Program-made: the position numbers and the translations under genes
The notes under the pieces: model-generated
Told to the model about the DNA's origin: nothing
What the model saw: the letters and a program-made list of their open reading frames with translations, nothing else
The model's database searches: none
Shown here: piece by piece, positions 1-9,443 of the stretch
How positions within the stretch are numbered: position 1 is the first letter of the stretch
Layout of the letters: every line of letters begins with the position of its first letter
Origin: Planctomycetales bacterium
GTDB taxonomy: Bacteria > 4484-113 > JAFGCY01
Length of the DNA: 32,000 nt
NCBI GenBank assembly: GCA_022646745.1
Contig: CP060262.1
Coordinates: 4,080,001-4,112,000, forward strand
Direction: 5' to 3'

Positions 1-1
1 C

Positions 2-661
2 AAGCTTGAGAAGAACTTCCGTCAGCTGCGTGTTGTCAGTGTCGACCCCGCATACGGCCAGGTCGGCGAACCGCTGCTGATCGGCAAGGCCAGCGAGGCG
101 AAACTCAGCCGCGACGGCCGCTACCTGTTCCATATTGACGACCAGAGCCGCATCGTGCGCCGCCATGTCCCGAGTGGCGACGTGGAGTTCCTCGCCACCG
201 GCAGCGACCGCAAGAGCGGGCTGGCCGCCAGCGGTGACGGTGACAGCATCGCATTCGCCAGCGAGATGGGCGAGCGCCGCGACATCATCCTCGGCCGCTA
301 CGACATGGGCGGAGTGTTCCAGCTCGCCAGTGTGACGGACCGCACCGGCTTCTACGCCGAGCACATGCTGCTCAATGGCGACGGCAGCTACCTGCTGGCC
401 TACGGCTCCCGTGATGAGCTGGTGGCCCTGGTGCGCAAGGCCCGCGGGGACGAAACCCTCGCCGCCGACGAGGTGGACGCTGAGAAGCTGGTTGACGACG
501 ATGCCCCGCAGTACAGCTCAGGCCCGCCCAGCCGGCGTGAGCGCTACGGCGTGATCCGGCTGGACCTCAGCGGTTCCCCGGATGGCTGGAGCATCAGCAC
601 CGTCAATCCGCGCTTCGTGGCGGAGAGCAGTGCGGGCTTCGCAATCGCCGGACCGTTCTGA
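2..661 (+). CDS. 5'-truncated CDS, C-terminal part of a PD40/TolB-like beta-propeller repeat protein
   Basis: Frame 2 is open from the window edge (KLEKNFRQLRVVSVDPAYGQ...) to TGA 659-661, so the track's GTG at 155 is internal. Blade-like motifs recur: SRDGRYLFHID, SGDGDSIAFAS, NGDGSYLLAYGS. G/C third-position bias is present. Confidence 0.6.
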   Translation, partial: KLEKNFRQLRVVSVDPAYGQVGEPLLIGKASEAKLSRDGRYLFHIDDQSRIVRRHVPSGDVEFLATGSDRKSGLAASGDGDSIAFASEMGERRDIILGRYDMGGVFQLASVTDRTGFYAEHMLLNGDGSYLLAYGSRDELVALVRKARGDETLAADEVDAEKLVDDDAPQYSSGPPSRRERYGVIRLDLSGSPDGWSISTVNPRFVAESSAGFAIAGPF

Positions 662-1360
662 TCAGTCGTACTGCCGGCAGTAGGCCATCAGAGTCAGGTT
701 GATGCGCGCCTGGCAGCTGTAGGCCAGCCACATCACCGGCAGCACCACCGGCGAGCCGATCATGATCACCGGCAGCAGCGGGAATATCACGCAGCCCAGG
801 CAGTCGTTGTTCCAGAACCGGGCCAGCATCCCGCCCAGCAGGCAGCGCACGGCAGTCGCCCGCAGCTTTCCGTGCTCGCTCCTGGCAATGCACATCAGCG
901 CTGGGTGCACGGTGGCCGCAGCCCGCAGCTGCTGCTGTGGCGTCATCGGCAAGTCAAGAATCACAGCTCGCCAGGCCCAGCTGCCGTGCATCAGCTCCTT
1001 CAGGCGCAGCCAGACTTCCTCCTCCATGGCCAGCATCTGCACGTCGCTTTCACGGAAGTCCGTTGCCAACCGGGCTTCCAGGCGTTCACGGGCCCGCTGG
1101 GTCGTCCCCATGCAGAGGCTGCTGCCGTACCAGGTGATCCCGCCAATCGTTGCCAGCATTCCGGTCGTCTGCAGGAAGCCGTCTTCCAACGGTATGCCCA
1201 GAAATTGAAGCAGGTATGTGAATGCGAGCGGCGACAGGCACATGAGCACGAAGCCGACCGTGATGCCCAGCATGCGCGCGCTCTCATCCTGGCGCTTGCC
1301 CGCCTCACTGGCGATGCCGGCAAACATGTCACCTACGCTGGATTCTGGCTCATCCGCCAT
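662..1360 (-). CDS. hypothetical integral membrane protein
   Basis: ORF 662-1390. The ATG at 1360 (MADEPESS...) overlaps the upstream gene's stop (cATGGCGGATGA), which suggests translational coupling. Hydrophobic helices include ITVGFVLMCLSPLAFTYLL and VIFPLLPVIMIGSPVVLPVMWLAY. No family recognised. Confidence 0.55.
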   Translation of the reverse strand: MADEPESSVGDMFAGIASEAGKRQDESARMLGITVGFVLMCLSPLAFTYLLQFLGIPLEDGFLQTTGMLATIGGITWYGSSLCMGTTQRARERLEARLATDFRESDVQMLAMEEEVWLRLKELMHGSWAWRAVILDLPMTPQQQLRAAATVHPALMCIARSEHGKLRATAVRCLLGGMLARFWNNDCLGCVIFPLLPVIMIGSPVVLPVMWLAYSCQARINLTLMAYCRQYD

Positions 1361-2114
1361 GCAGAGATTGTGAACCACGGGGCAGCTCATGCGGAAGCAC
1401 CCCGGCTATCCGCCTGGCAGCCTCCTCATCCAGCAGGCAGTGCACCGCCAGCAGCGGCCAGACCAGCCCGTATCCCAGCGCCCAGTAGATCTCAAACAAC
1501 GGCACACCCAGAAGCCAGCCGGTATGCACCTCCGCATTGCGCCAGGCATTCTCGAAGTGTGGCCAGATCGCGAAGCTGGATCGCACCAGCAATGCGTATA
1601 ACAGGCTGAATCCCAGTGCGCCAAGCACGGAACCCGCCACGAAGCGGCTGCGCTTGAATGCAAGGATCAGTCCGGTCACCGCCACCCCGCTCAGCGTGCT
1701 GACCATCACCGGCGTTCCGGTCACACCGAAGCGCACCCCGTAGCCGATCGCAATCCCGATAACGGAGTAGAGCAGGTAGCGTTTCCAGACCAGCCCCTTC
1801 TCCCTGGTGACGGAATAGGTGCCCGGCTGGAAGAACAGCAGCATGCGTGTTGCCAAGATCCCGGCGCAGAACGAGAACAGCAGGTCCTCCGGGCTTGAGA
1901 TGTAATGGAAGGTCACGCGGGGATCCCAGTATTGCGGGATGTATTCAAAGCTGAACAGGCCGTAGGGGATGCACAGTACGCCGGATAGCAGCAGCAGGCG
2001 CGCATTGCGCCGCGCAGTGAGCACGGCCACTGCACAGAGGAGCAGCATGATCAGGCACATCCCAAGGTAGGGATATGCGGAAAGGGTCACCAGCACACTG
2101 ACATTATATGGCAT
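1350..2114 (-). CDS. polytopic membrane protein, possibly lycopene-cyclase-domain (fused CrtYc/Yd-like) family
   Basis: 254-aa ORF with about 7 hydrophobic segments. Two P-x-E/D-containing helix starts (ISSPEDLLFSFCAGIL and GVPLFEIYWALGYGL) resemble the PxEE motifs of the two-domain lycopene cyclase family. This assignment comes from motif memory only. Confidence 0.45.
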   Translation of the reverse strand: MPYNVSVLVTLSAYPYLGMCLIMLLLCAVAVLTARRNARLLLLSGVLCIPYGLFSFEYIPQYWDPRVTFHYISSPEDLLFSFCAGILATRMLLFFQPGTYSVTREKGLVWKRYLLYSVIGIAIGYGVRFGVTGTPVMVSTLSGVAVTGLILAFKRSRFVAGSVLGALGFSLLYALLVRSSFAIWPHFENAWRNAEVHTGWLLGVPLFEIYWALGYGLVWPLLAVHCLLDEEAARRIAGVLPHELPRGSQSLHGG

Positions 2115-2167
2115 TCATGGCAAGTTGTGGCATCAGTCAGGGGGATTGCCCATCCACGGCAAGCTGC

Positions 2168-3112
2168 TCAGCCGGCCTGCGGTATTTCCTGAGCGGCGCT
2201 TGTCGCGAACTTGTCGTCAACCAGGTAGTCGATGATGCACACCGTCCTGGCAACGCGGTACATGTGGTAGTTCGCAGTGATCAACAGGATCGGCAGCGTG
2301 AATACTGACAGCGAATTACTCAGGCAGCAGCATACGCAGCAGGTGTACAGCGAGATCCGGCTGACCTGGAAGTTCCAGCTGCCGTTGAACAGCGAGGCGT
2401 TGTCAAGCCGGCCAGGACCGTAACTCAGCTGCAGCACGCTGTTCCAGTAGCAGGCGCTGAACTCCAGCTGGTTCTCGAGGGTCTTCGGCCGCGCCGGGCT
2501 GATCCACTTCAGCGAGGGGATCTCATTCACCGCATCGATGATGATGTGGGTGAAGTCCTCCTCGGCCACCACCCGCAGGAAGTCAGTGTGGTAGAGGTAG
2601 CTCTCGGACAGCTTGTAGCGGGTCAAGTGCATGCTTTCGACCCAGCGCCGGATGCTGCCGGCGATCGAGAAAGCGACCACGGCTCCCACTATCAGTCCAA
2701 GCGCCATACCGGCGAAGGGCAGGAATGCCATCAGGTATTCATACGGCCCGCCAGAGGAGGAATTGAAATTGCCGGTGGCAAAGCTGCTCCCGAGGATGCC
2801 GAACATCATCATGAAGTTCGCCACGTAATAGACCACATACATCACGATCATCGCCACGATGATCTGGATGATCACGACAAGCTGGCCATGCAACCTCAGC
2901 ACCTTGTCCCGCAGCGCCATCAGCCGCAGGCGGTAGTCGGGCTTGTCATACTTCGGGTCGTATCCCCTGCTGGAAGGCTGCCTTGCGGCCGGGTCCGGCT
3001 GGGAAACTTCCTCCGTGCCCTCTCCTGGCGTGCTGGGCTGGCCTGCATCACCCGGTAGCGGCTGCCCCCCGCTCAGTTCCTCGTCTTGCCTGTCATCCGG
3101 CCTGTCAGTCAT
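2168..3112 (-). CDS. hypothetical membrane protein with acidic/Pro-rich N-terminal tail
   Basis: 314-aa ORF with ATG at 3112. Disordered N-terminus (DRPDDRQDEELSGGQPLPGDAG...), two central TM helices (LVVIIQIIVAMIVMYVVYYV; FLPFAGMALGLIVGAVVAFSIAG), and a Cys-rich C-terminal helix (LYTCCVCCCLS). No family recognised. Confidence 0.55.
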   Translation of the reverse strand: MTDRPDDRQDEELSGGQPLPGDAGQPSTPGEGTEEVSQPDPAARQPSSRGYDPKYDKPDYRLRLMALRDKVLRLHGQLVVIIQIIVAMIVMYVVYYVANFMMMFGILGSSFATGNFNSSSGGPYEYLMAFLPFAGMALGLIVGAVVAFSIAGSIRRWVESMHLTRYKLSESYLYHTDFLRVVAEEDFTHIIIDAVNEIPSLKWISPARPKTLENQLEFSACYWNSVLQLSYGPGRLDNASLFNGSWNFQVSRISLYTCCVCCCLSNSLSVFTLPILLITANYHMYRVARTVCIIDYLVDDKFATSAAQEIPQAG

Positions 3113-3244
3113 GTAACAGACATTCTACTTTGCGCAGCACTGATCAGCGAGGCCAATGCCAGTCATGCCGACTACGGTACCCGGATTACAATATTGCCTG
3201 CGGATTTCCGATATGATTGACCATCAGCTCCACGGAGGAACCTG

Positions 3245-3427
3245 ATGCCACTTTTCGAATACAGATGCAGCGATTGCGGGGCCGAGTTTGAGGCCCTGGT
3301 CTCGCGCGGCGACACTGAGCCGGTGGAGTGCGAAAAATGCCACGGCAATCACACCGAGCGCATCGCATCCACCTTCTCATGCTGCAGCAGCGACTCCACC
3401 TCGGCCTCCGCGCCGATGGGCTGTTGA
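3245..3427 (+). CDS. FmdB-family zinc-ribbon putative regulatory protein
   Basis: MPLFEYRCSDCGAEFE...VECEKCHG is the canonical FmdB CxxC...CxxC N-terminus, followed by a Ser/Cys-rich tail. GGAGGA Shine-Dalgarno lies 5 nt upstream of the ATG. Confidence 0.85.
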   Translation: MPLFEYRCSDCGAEFEALVSRGDTEPVECEKCHGNHTERIASTFSCCSSDSTSASAPMGC

Positions 3428-3520
3428 CGCAGGCCCGGCTAGGCCCGTGCGGCCTGACTGAAACCCGCCTGCCCGTCCCTGCGTCATAATGGGTGCTAAT
3501 CACCGAAAGGAGCAGCGGGT

Positions 3521-4153
3521 ATGGACTTTGCCCATGTTCTCGTAATGATCCTGATGGCCGTCTCACTGAGCGCGGCCGCCGGACTGCGTGCCTTCCTGCC
3601 GCTGTTCGCAATTTCCCTGCTTTCCAGCACAGGCTACATAACCCTCGCCAGCGGCTTCAGCTGGCTGACCAGCACCGAAGCCGTGGTCGTGTTCGGCCTG
3701 GCGGTCGTGCTGGAGGTCGCAGCCGACAAGATCCCCGGGCTTGACAACGCGCTTGACGCCACCGGACTGGTGGTCAAGCCGCTGGCCGCCGCCCTGCTCA
3801 GCTCCAGCCTGATCACGGGCATGGACCCGCTGCTGGCGATGGTGCTCGGCCTGATCATCGGCGGCACCGTGGCCGGTACCGTGCACTTCGGCAAGGCCCA
3901 GCTGCGCGCCGGTTCCACCGTGCTGACCGCCGGCTTCGGCAATCCCGTGATCTCCGTGGTCGAGGACGGCATCTCCGTGCTTGGCACCACGCTTGGCATC
4001 CTGCTGCCAGCCCTCGTCGGAGTGCTCGTGATCGGTGGGCTGTTCCTGCTCGGCCGGCGCATCATGCGCCGCAGCCGCAAGGGCATCACCGCCGAGGTGA
4101 TCTCCGCTGACGGCGAGGTCGTCGGCGAGACCGACGCGCACTCACTGAGCTGA
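3521..4153 (+). CDS. DUF4126 domain membrane protein
   Basis: AAAGLRAFLPLFAISLL...VLEVAADKIPGLDNALDATGLVVKPLAAALL matches the DUF4126 signature (E..aDKiP.vD). AAAGGAG SD lies upstream. Confidence 0.75.
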   Translation: MDFAHVLVMILMAVSLSAAAGLRAFLPLFAISLLSSTGYITLASGFSWLTSTEAVVVFGLAVVLEVAADKIPGLDNALDATGLVVKPLAAALLSSSLITGMDPLLAMVLGLIIGGTVAGTVHFGKAQLRAGSTVLTAGFGNPVISVVEDGISVLGTTLGILLPALVGVLVIGGLFLLGRRIMRRSRKGITAEVISADGEVVGETDAHSLS

Positions 4154-4178
4154 TCCCCGCATGGGATACTAGCTGCGT

Positions 4179-5561
4179 TTGGCAAACCGCGGACAACAGC
4201 TGCTGGAGGAACTCAGCCTCGCATTCCCCGTTGAGCGGCGTCACATCTTCGACCGCCTGCGTGCAGCGGCCCAGCGCAGCTCGCTGCGTATCGCTCTCGT
4301 CGGCGGCCTGCCCCGTGAGATCCTGCGCTGCCAGTTCAGCCAGCGCGAGCGTGAGAACCTCTACGACGAACTGCGTGACATCGACATCGTGGTGGAGGGC
4401 GACGCGATCCGCTTCGCCCGTGAGCTCTACCGCAACCTGCCCGGTGAGCTTGTTGTCAACGAGGACTTCGGCACCGCCACGCTGACAACCGAGGGAGTGG
4501 AAATTGACCTGACCAGCAGCCGCCGCGAAAGCTACGCCGCCCCGGGCCAGCTGCCAGACGTGGACACCAGCGGCGTGCGCATCGAGGAGGACCTCGGCCG
4601 CCGTGACTTCACCGTCAACGCCGTGGCCCTCGAACTCAACCCGGATTACGGTGCAATGCTCGACCCGCTCGGCGGTGAGGCCGACCTGCGCAACCGCCAG
4701 CTGCGCATCCTGCATTCCGCCTCCTTCCACGACGACCCGACCCGCCTGTTCCGCGCCCTGCGCTACAGCATCCGCCTGAACGCCGAACTCGAGCCGGTCA
4801 GCATGGCCGCCTTCGGCCGCGCGATCGAGGAGGACATGCTCGCCACGCTCACGCCGGAGCGCGTGCGCTATGAGCTTTATTGCATCAGCCGCGAGGAGCG
4901 CTGGCATGAGATCTGGGCCGTGATGGACCTCGCGATGATCCTGCCCGGCCTGCATGAGGCACTCGGCGGGATCAGCTCCTGGTGGACCCTCGAACAGGGC
5001 AGCTCGCTGGACATCGTGCTGCGCAACCAGAAGGAGGTGCTTGAGGGAACGGACATCGAACCCTGGCTGGTGCGTGTGGCCTGGACCACCCTCTCCATGC
5101 GCGACACATATTTCGAGGCGGCGATGAACCGCATCGGGATCTTTCCGCGTCATATCCGTGCAATGGTGACCGCCCGCCACCTGCTGGTGAGCGTGCCCGA
5201 ACGCCTGTCCAGCAGCATGCGTCCGAGTGAGGTGGTGGACCTGCTGGAGCATTTCCCGCGCGACAGCGTGGCGCTGGCCTTCCTCGTGCACATGCCGGTG
5301 GACGACCGCGGCGTGTCCACCCGCCGCGCGCTGCTGAACTACCTGCTGGAATACAGCCAGGTGCGGCCAATGCTCAGCGGGCATGAACTGATCAGGCTCG
5401 GGATCCCCGCCGGGCCGGCCGTCGGCGAATGCCACCGCCGCCTGCGTGCGATGCGCCTCGACGGGCACATCGATTCGGAGGAGGATGAAAGGAATGTTGT
5501 GCTCAGGATGGTAAACCTCGGGGAGCCGGGTGCCGATCAAGCATCCGGAGATGATGGCTGA
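4179..5561 (+). CDS. CCA-adding enzyme / poly(A) polymerase family tRNA nucleotidyltransferase
   Basis: TTG start. Head-domain motifs present: LVGGLPREIL, DIDIVVEG, GRRDFTVNAVAL, and LRILHSASFHDDPTRLFRALRYSIRL. Confidence 0.75.
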   Translation: MANRGQQLLEELSLAFPVERRHIFDRLRAAAQRSSLRIALVGGLPREILRCQFSQRERENLYDELRDIDIVVEGDAIRFARELYRNLPGELVVNEDFGTATLTTEGVEIDLTSSRRESYAAPGQLPDVDTSGVRIEEDLGRRDFTVNAVALELNPDYGAMLDPLGGEADLRNRQLRILHSASFHDDPTRLFRALRYSIRLNAELEPVSMAAFGRAIEEDMLATLTPERVRYELYCISREERWHEIWAVMDLAMILPGLHEALGGISSWWTLEQGSSLDIVLRNQKEVLEGTDIEPWLVRVAWTTLSMRDTYFEAAMNRIGIFPRHIRAMVTARHLLVSVPERLSSSMRPSEVVDLLEHFPRDSVALAFLVHMPVDDRGVSTRRALLNYLLEYSQVRPMLSGHELIRLGIPAGPAVGECHRRLRAMRLDGHIDSEEDERNVVLRMVNLGEPGADQASGDDG

Positions 5562-5564
5562 ACA

Positions 5565-6233
5565 ATGAGTAACTTTGACCCACTGTACTTCCTTACGGCG
5601 ATCCCGCTGATCCTGCTCTCGCTGGCCCTGCATGAGTACGGCCATGCGGCGATGGCCAATGCGCTCGGCGACCCGACGCCGCGCCTGCAGGGCCGCGTGA
5701 CGCTGAACCCGATCAAGCACCTCGACCCGGCCGGCACCTTCATGATCATCATGACCTCGTTCATGGGCTTCGGCTTCGGCTGGGGCAAGCCGGTGCAGAC
5801 CAACCCGACCTACTACAAGGACCTGCGCCGCGACACGATCCTCGTGGCCATCGCCGGCCCGGCGATGAACCTCTGCCAGCTGATGCTGGCCGTCGGCATC
5901 GCAAACGTGCTCTACATCACAGGCGCGCAGCTCGGTTCCTGGGGACACCTCGCCTTCCAGATCTTCATCGTGATCAACATCGCGCTTATGTTCTTCAACC
6001 TCGTGCCGCTGCCCCCGCTGGACGGCGGGCATGTGGCCACGATGCTGCTGCCCCATCCCTACGGCCGTCGCCTGCAGGAACTCGGCATGAACGGCGTGAC
6101 CTTCCTCGTGCTGATGGGCCTGATGTTCACCGGCCTGCTCGGGCTGTACCTGCACTGGGTGGTCAACACGGTGTTCCGCCTGATCGCCGCCGGCTTCGGC
6201 GATGACTTCCTGATCTGGCTCCTGCGCGGCTGA
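5565..6233 (+). CDS. site-2 protease family (peptidase M50) membrane metalloprotease
   Basis: LHEYGHAAMANALGDPTPRLQGRVTLNPIKHLDPAGT contains the HExxH motif and the family-typical GRxTLNP.H.D segment. A later LPPLDGGH motif is also present. Confidence 0.85.
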   Translation: MSNFDPLYFLTAIPLILLSLALHEYGHAAMANALGDPTPRLQGRVTLNPIKHLDPAGTFMIIMTSFMGFGFGWGKPVQTNPTYYKDLRRDTILVAIAGPAMNLCQLMLAVGIANVLYITGAQLGSWGHLAFQIFIVINIALMFFNLVPLPPLDGGHVATMLLPHPYGRRLQELGMNGVTFLVLMGLMFTGLLGLYLHWVVNTVFRLIAAGFGDDFLIWLLRG

Positions 6234-6255
6234 GGCAGGTTATAATCCCCCTCGC

Positions 6256-6987
6256 GTGACAACCACACAGCTCAGCATTGACCAGTTCACGGGGCCGCTC
6301 GACCTGCTGCTGCACCTGATCCGTGTCAATGAGATGGACATCTTCGACCTCGACATCTCATCCATCACCGAGCAGTACCTCGCCGTGATCGAGAACGAGG
6401 GCGTCCGCGACCTCGAGGGGGCCTACCACTTCCTCGCGATGGCAGCGAGCCTCGTCGAGATGAAGAGCCGCCTGCTGTTGCCGCGCCCCGAGCCCGAGGA
6501 GGGCGAGGAAGGCGAAGCCGGCGAGGCTGCGATCGATCCGCTCACCGAGCTGTCCCAGAAGCTGGCCGCCTACCAGGGCATCCAGGAGGTCACCGGCGAC
6601 CTGCTGGCGATGTACCTGCAGACCGGCCGCCACTGGCCGCGCCAGATCGTGGAGAAGATGGAGGAGGAGATCGTCTACACGATGGACTCGCTCTCCGTCT
6701 ACGATCTGATGACGGCCTTCCGCGAAGTGCTGGACCGACCGCGCTTCCGCCAGGTGACGATCTTCCGCGACGACTTTGACAGCGAGGAGGCCCGCAGCCA
6801 GGTGCGCGAGCGCATCAGCCAGGGCCCGCAGAAACTCGTCGACCTGCTGACCATGCAGCACAATGTGTTCGCGCTGATCATCACCTTCATCGTGCTGCTG
6901 GAGCTGATCAAGGAAGGCGAGATCACCTTCGCCAGGAAGGATGACGCCATCATGCTGGAACAGGCCAAGCAGGAAGACCTGATCTGA
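6256..6987 (+). CDS. scpA: segregation and condensation protein A
   Basis: GTG start. FTGPLDLLLHLIRVNEMDIFDLDISSITEQYL is the ScpA N-terminal signature, and the length (243 aa) is typical. Confidence 0.85.
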   Translation: MTTTQLSIDQFTGPLDLLLHLIRVNEMDIFDLDISSITEQYLAVIENEGVRDLEGAYHFLAMAASLVEMKSRLLLPRPEPEEGEEGEAGEAAIDPLTELSQKLAAYQGIQEVTGDLLAMYLQTGRHWPRQIVEKMEEEIVYTMDSLSVYDLMTAFREVLDRPRFRQVTIFRDDFDSEEARSQVRERISQGPQKLVDLLTMQHNVFALIITFIVLLELIKEGEITFARKDDAIMLEQAKQEDLI

Positions 6988-7039
6988 TCACCTCCTAACT
7001 CCTGACCCCACACTCCCCACTCCCTCTATAATTTCTTCC

Positions 7040-8026
7040 ATGCGCAACATCGCAGTGCTGACCAGCGGAGGGGACTCGCCGGGCATGAATGCCGCCGTGC
7101 GCGCCGTGGTGCGCGTCGGCCGCAGCGCAGGGCTCAACGTGTTCGGCGTACGCCGCGGCTATGAGGGCCTGATCCACGCTGAGCTGGAGCAGATGCCGCT
7201 CGGCAGCGTCTCCAACTGGGTCAACAGCGGCGGCAGCAAGCTGGAATGCGCCCGCAGCCAGGAGATGTTCAAGCTCAGTGGGCAGAAGCGCGCCGTGCAG
7301 ACGCTCCGGAACTGGGACATCGACGGCCTGGTGGTGATCGGTGGCGACGGATCCTTCCGCGGTGCTTCCAAGCTGGTCAAGCTCGGCGCCCGCGTGGTCG
7401 GCGCACCGGGCACGATTGACAACGACATCCCCGGGATTGACAACACGATCGGCTTCGACACCGCCGTCAACACCCTGACCTACTGCATCAACCAGCTGCG
7501 TGACACCGCAGAGAGCCACCAGCGCACCTTCGTGGTAGAGGCGATGGGCCGCCACAGCGGGCACATCGCACTGCATGCCGGCATCTCCGGCGGTGCGGAC
7601 ATCATCCTCGTGCCGGAAATCACATGGAACGAGAAGAGCGTCGTGCGCATGGTGCAGCGCCGTATTGACCAGGGCAAGAAGTTCCACCTGATCGTGATGG
7701 CGGAGGGCGCCGGCCGCGCGATCAAGAAGCCGGACTATGGCGCATTCGAGCTGGTGAACTACATCGACGAGAACACCCCGGCCAGCGTGACCGTGCGCGG
7801 CTGCATGCCCGGCCATATCCAGCGTGGCGGTGCCCCGACAGCCGCCGACCGGATCTACGCCACACGTTGTGGCAAGGCCGCCGTGGAAGCGCTGCTCAAC
7901 GGCACCAACGGCGTGATGGTCGGTGAGCTGAATGGCCAGATGGTCGAGGTGCCGCTGAAGAACGCCGTGCGCGGCAGCCGGCGCATTGACCGCGAGCTGT
8001 ACAACCTGGCAACCCAGGTCAGCTGA
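7040..8026 (+). CDS. pfkA: ATP-dependent 6-phosphofructokinase
   Basis: IAVLTSGGDSPGMNAAVRAVV, VVIGGDGSFRGA and PGTIDNDI are present. The GGDGS and PGT (rather than GGDD and PKT) signatures indicate the ATP-dependent type, not the PPi-dependent type. Confidence 0.9.
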   Translation: MRNIAVLTSGGDSPGMNAAVRAVVRVGRSAGLNVFGVRRGYEGLIHAELEQMPLGSVSNWVNSGGSKLECARSQEMFKLSGQKRAVQTLRNWDIDGLVVIGGDGSFRGASKLVKLGARVVGAPGTIDNDIPGIDNTIGFDTAVNTLTYCINQLRDTAESHQRTFVVEAMGRHSGHIALHAGISGGADIILVPEITWNEKSVVRMVQRRIDQGKKFHLIVMAEGAGRAIKKPDYGAFELVNYIDENTPASVTVRGCMPGHIQRGGAPTAADRIYATRCGKAAVEALLNGTNGVMVGELNGQMVEVPLKNAVRGSRRIDRELYNLATQVS

Positions 8027-8160
8027 CAACCGGCCGCCGTCCCCTGCGTTAAATCCCCGTCTCATCCCGGCAATTCCCGGTTAACCCGCTGTGCAGTGGC
8101 ACTGACAACAGGTATAAACTGCCCGTAGTACAAGTGCCCAGGGGCACGCGGGATAAGTGG

Positions 8161-8391
8161 ATGATAGAGCTTACGAAACTCAACGGCGAGAGCTTCATAC
8201 TCAATGCCGGCCTTGTCGAATCCATCGAGGCCACGCCTGACACCATCGTACGCCTGACCAACGGCAAGCGCTTCATCGTGCGCGAGAAGGTCAGTGAGGT
8301 CGTCGAGCGGGCGATCGAGTTCGAGCGCCGCATCCACTACATCTCCATCCCGCAGCCGGGCGAAGTTGCCGCCGGTTCTGCCGATAACTGA
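8161..8391 (+). CDS. flbD: flagellar protein FlbD
   Basis: MIELTKLNGESFILNAGLVESIEATPDTIVRLTNGKRFIVREKVSEVVERAIEF matches the FlbD consensus, so I prefer the ATG at 8161 over the track's GTG at 8134. Confidence 0.8.
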   Translation: MIELTKLNGESFILNAGLVESIEATPDTIVRLTNGKRFIVREKVSEVVERAIEFERRIHYISIPQPGEVAAGSADN

Positions 8392-8420
8392 CAGTAGAAG
8401 CCGGTGTTTATGGAGGATTC

Positions 8421-9443
8421 GTGGCTGACATTCTGAGCCAGGAAGAGATCGATGCCTTGTTGGGAGCCCTGTCATCGGGCGAACTGAAGGCGGAGGATGC
8501 GCGCGAGGAGGCTTCGGAGAAGAACTCGAAGGTCAAGGCCTACGACTTCTTCCGCCCGAGCAAGTTCTCCAAGGAGCAGATCCGCACGATCTACATGATG
8601 CATGAGACCTACGGGCGCCTCTGGTCGAGCAAGCTCGCCGGCCAGCTGCGCAACTACGTCTCGATCAGCGTCAGCGCCGTGGACCAGGTGACCTACCAGG
8701 AGTTCATGCAGTCGATCCCCAACCCGACGATCACCTGCACTTTCAGCCTCTCACCGCTCGAGGGCCAGGCCCTGTTCGAGTTCTCGCCGACCATCGGCTT
8801 CCCGATCATCGACCGCCTGCTGGGCGGCCAGGGCCAGAGCAACGTGCAGTCCCGCGAGATCACCGAGATCGAGGCGCACGTGTTGTCAAACCTGATAGAC
8901 GAGGGCATGATCTACCTCAAGGAGGCCTGGTCCTCCATGATCGACCTCAAGCCAGAGCTGATCGACCTCGAGAGCAACCCGCTGTTCGTGCAGATCGTGC
9001 CGCCCGCGGACATGATCCTCTTGATCACGCTGGAGTGCCGCATCGGTGAGATGAGCGGCATCATGAACATCGTCTACCCCTACGTGGTGCTCGAGCCGAT
9101 CCTCTCGCTGCTCTCGGACCGCGTGCTCTACGCCGTCGGCACCCGTGGTGCCAGCAAGGAAAGCCGCAACAAGACCACCCAGCTGCTGCAGAACGTGGGG
9201 CTGAAGGTCTCGGTCGAGCTCGGCACTGTCAAGCTCAGCCTGCGCGACCTGCTGGCACTGGAGCCTGACGACCTGGTCGTGCTGGAGACGACCACTGAGC
9301 AGGACCTCGTTGTCAAGGTCGGCAACATCCATAAGTTCAACTGCATCCCGGGACTGGACGGCAAGCACTATGCGGCCCAGGTCACGGAGAGCGTCAGCGA
9401 TGCCGACCTGCTGGCATCGAATCCCTTTGACGGAGGAATCTAG
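8421..9443 (+). CDS. fliM: flagellar motor switch protein FliM
   Basis: The N-terminal LSQEEIDALLG is the CheY-P binding peptide. The 340-aa length fits, and a SpoA-like C-terminus is present (VELGTVKLSLRDLLALEPDDLVVLE). GGAGGA SD precedes the GTG. Confidence 0.9.
   Translation: MADILSQEEIDALLGALSSGELKAEDAREEASEKNSKVKAYDFFRPSKFSKEQIRTIYMMHETYGRLWSSKLAGQLRNYVSISVSAVDQVTYQEFMQSIPNPTITCTFSLSPLEGQALFEFSPTIGFPIIDRLLGGQGQSNVQSREITEIEAHVLSNLIDEGMIYLKEAWSSMIDLKPELIDLESNPLFVQIVPPADMILLITLECRIGEMSGIMNIVYPYVVLEPILSLLSDRVLYAVGTRGASKESRNKTTQLLQNVGLKVSVELGTVKLSLRDLLALEPDDLVVLETTTEQDLVVKVGNIHKFNCIPGLDGKHYAAQVTESVSDADLLASNPFDGGI

Noticed and set aside
659-664. Convergent genes with directly abutting stop codons forming the palindrome TGATCA.
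   Set aside because: This is a real observation but probably trivial compaction, and no terminator or other signal is associated with it.
4086-6155. 689-aa minus-strand ORF, together with similar long ORFs: 6995-8065(-), 8886-10115(-), 10917-11732(-), 11383-12324(-), 14040-15299(+), 15001-16359(+), 19105-20343(-), 29689-30654(-) and 30602-31930(-).
   Set aside because: Each lies antisense to a gene with clear family motifs (CCA enzyme/M50, pfkA, fliM/fliY, fliO, HAO, cytochrome b, gdhA, RDD, secreted protein). Their translations are Arg/Ala/Gly/His-rich low-complexity sequence typical of shadow ORFs in GC-rich DNA.
8049-8112. Possible flagellar promoters upstream of flbD: a sigma-28-like TAAA-N15-GGCAATTC (8050-8076) and a sigma-54-like TGGCAC (8097-8102).
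   Set aside because: The -10 part matches GCCGATAA at only 4 of 8 positions. The TGGCAC is not followed by a TTGC element at the correct spacing. This is too weak to call.
8134-8160. GTG 8134 start for flbD, which adds MPRGTRDKW.
   Set aside because: FlbD homologues begin MI.LT.LNG. The extra codons overlap a GTGCCC-ag-GGGCAC palindrome (8134-8147) that is more likely regulatory or structural.
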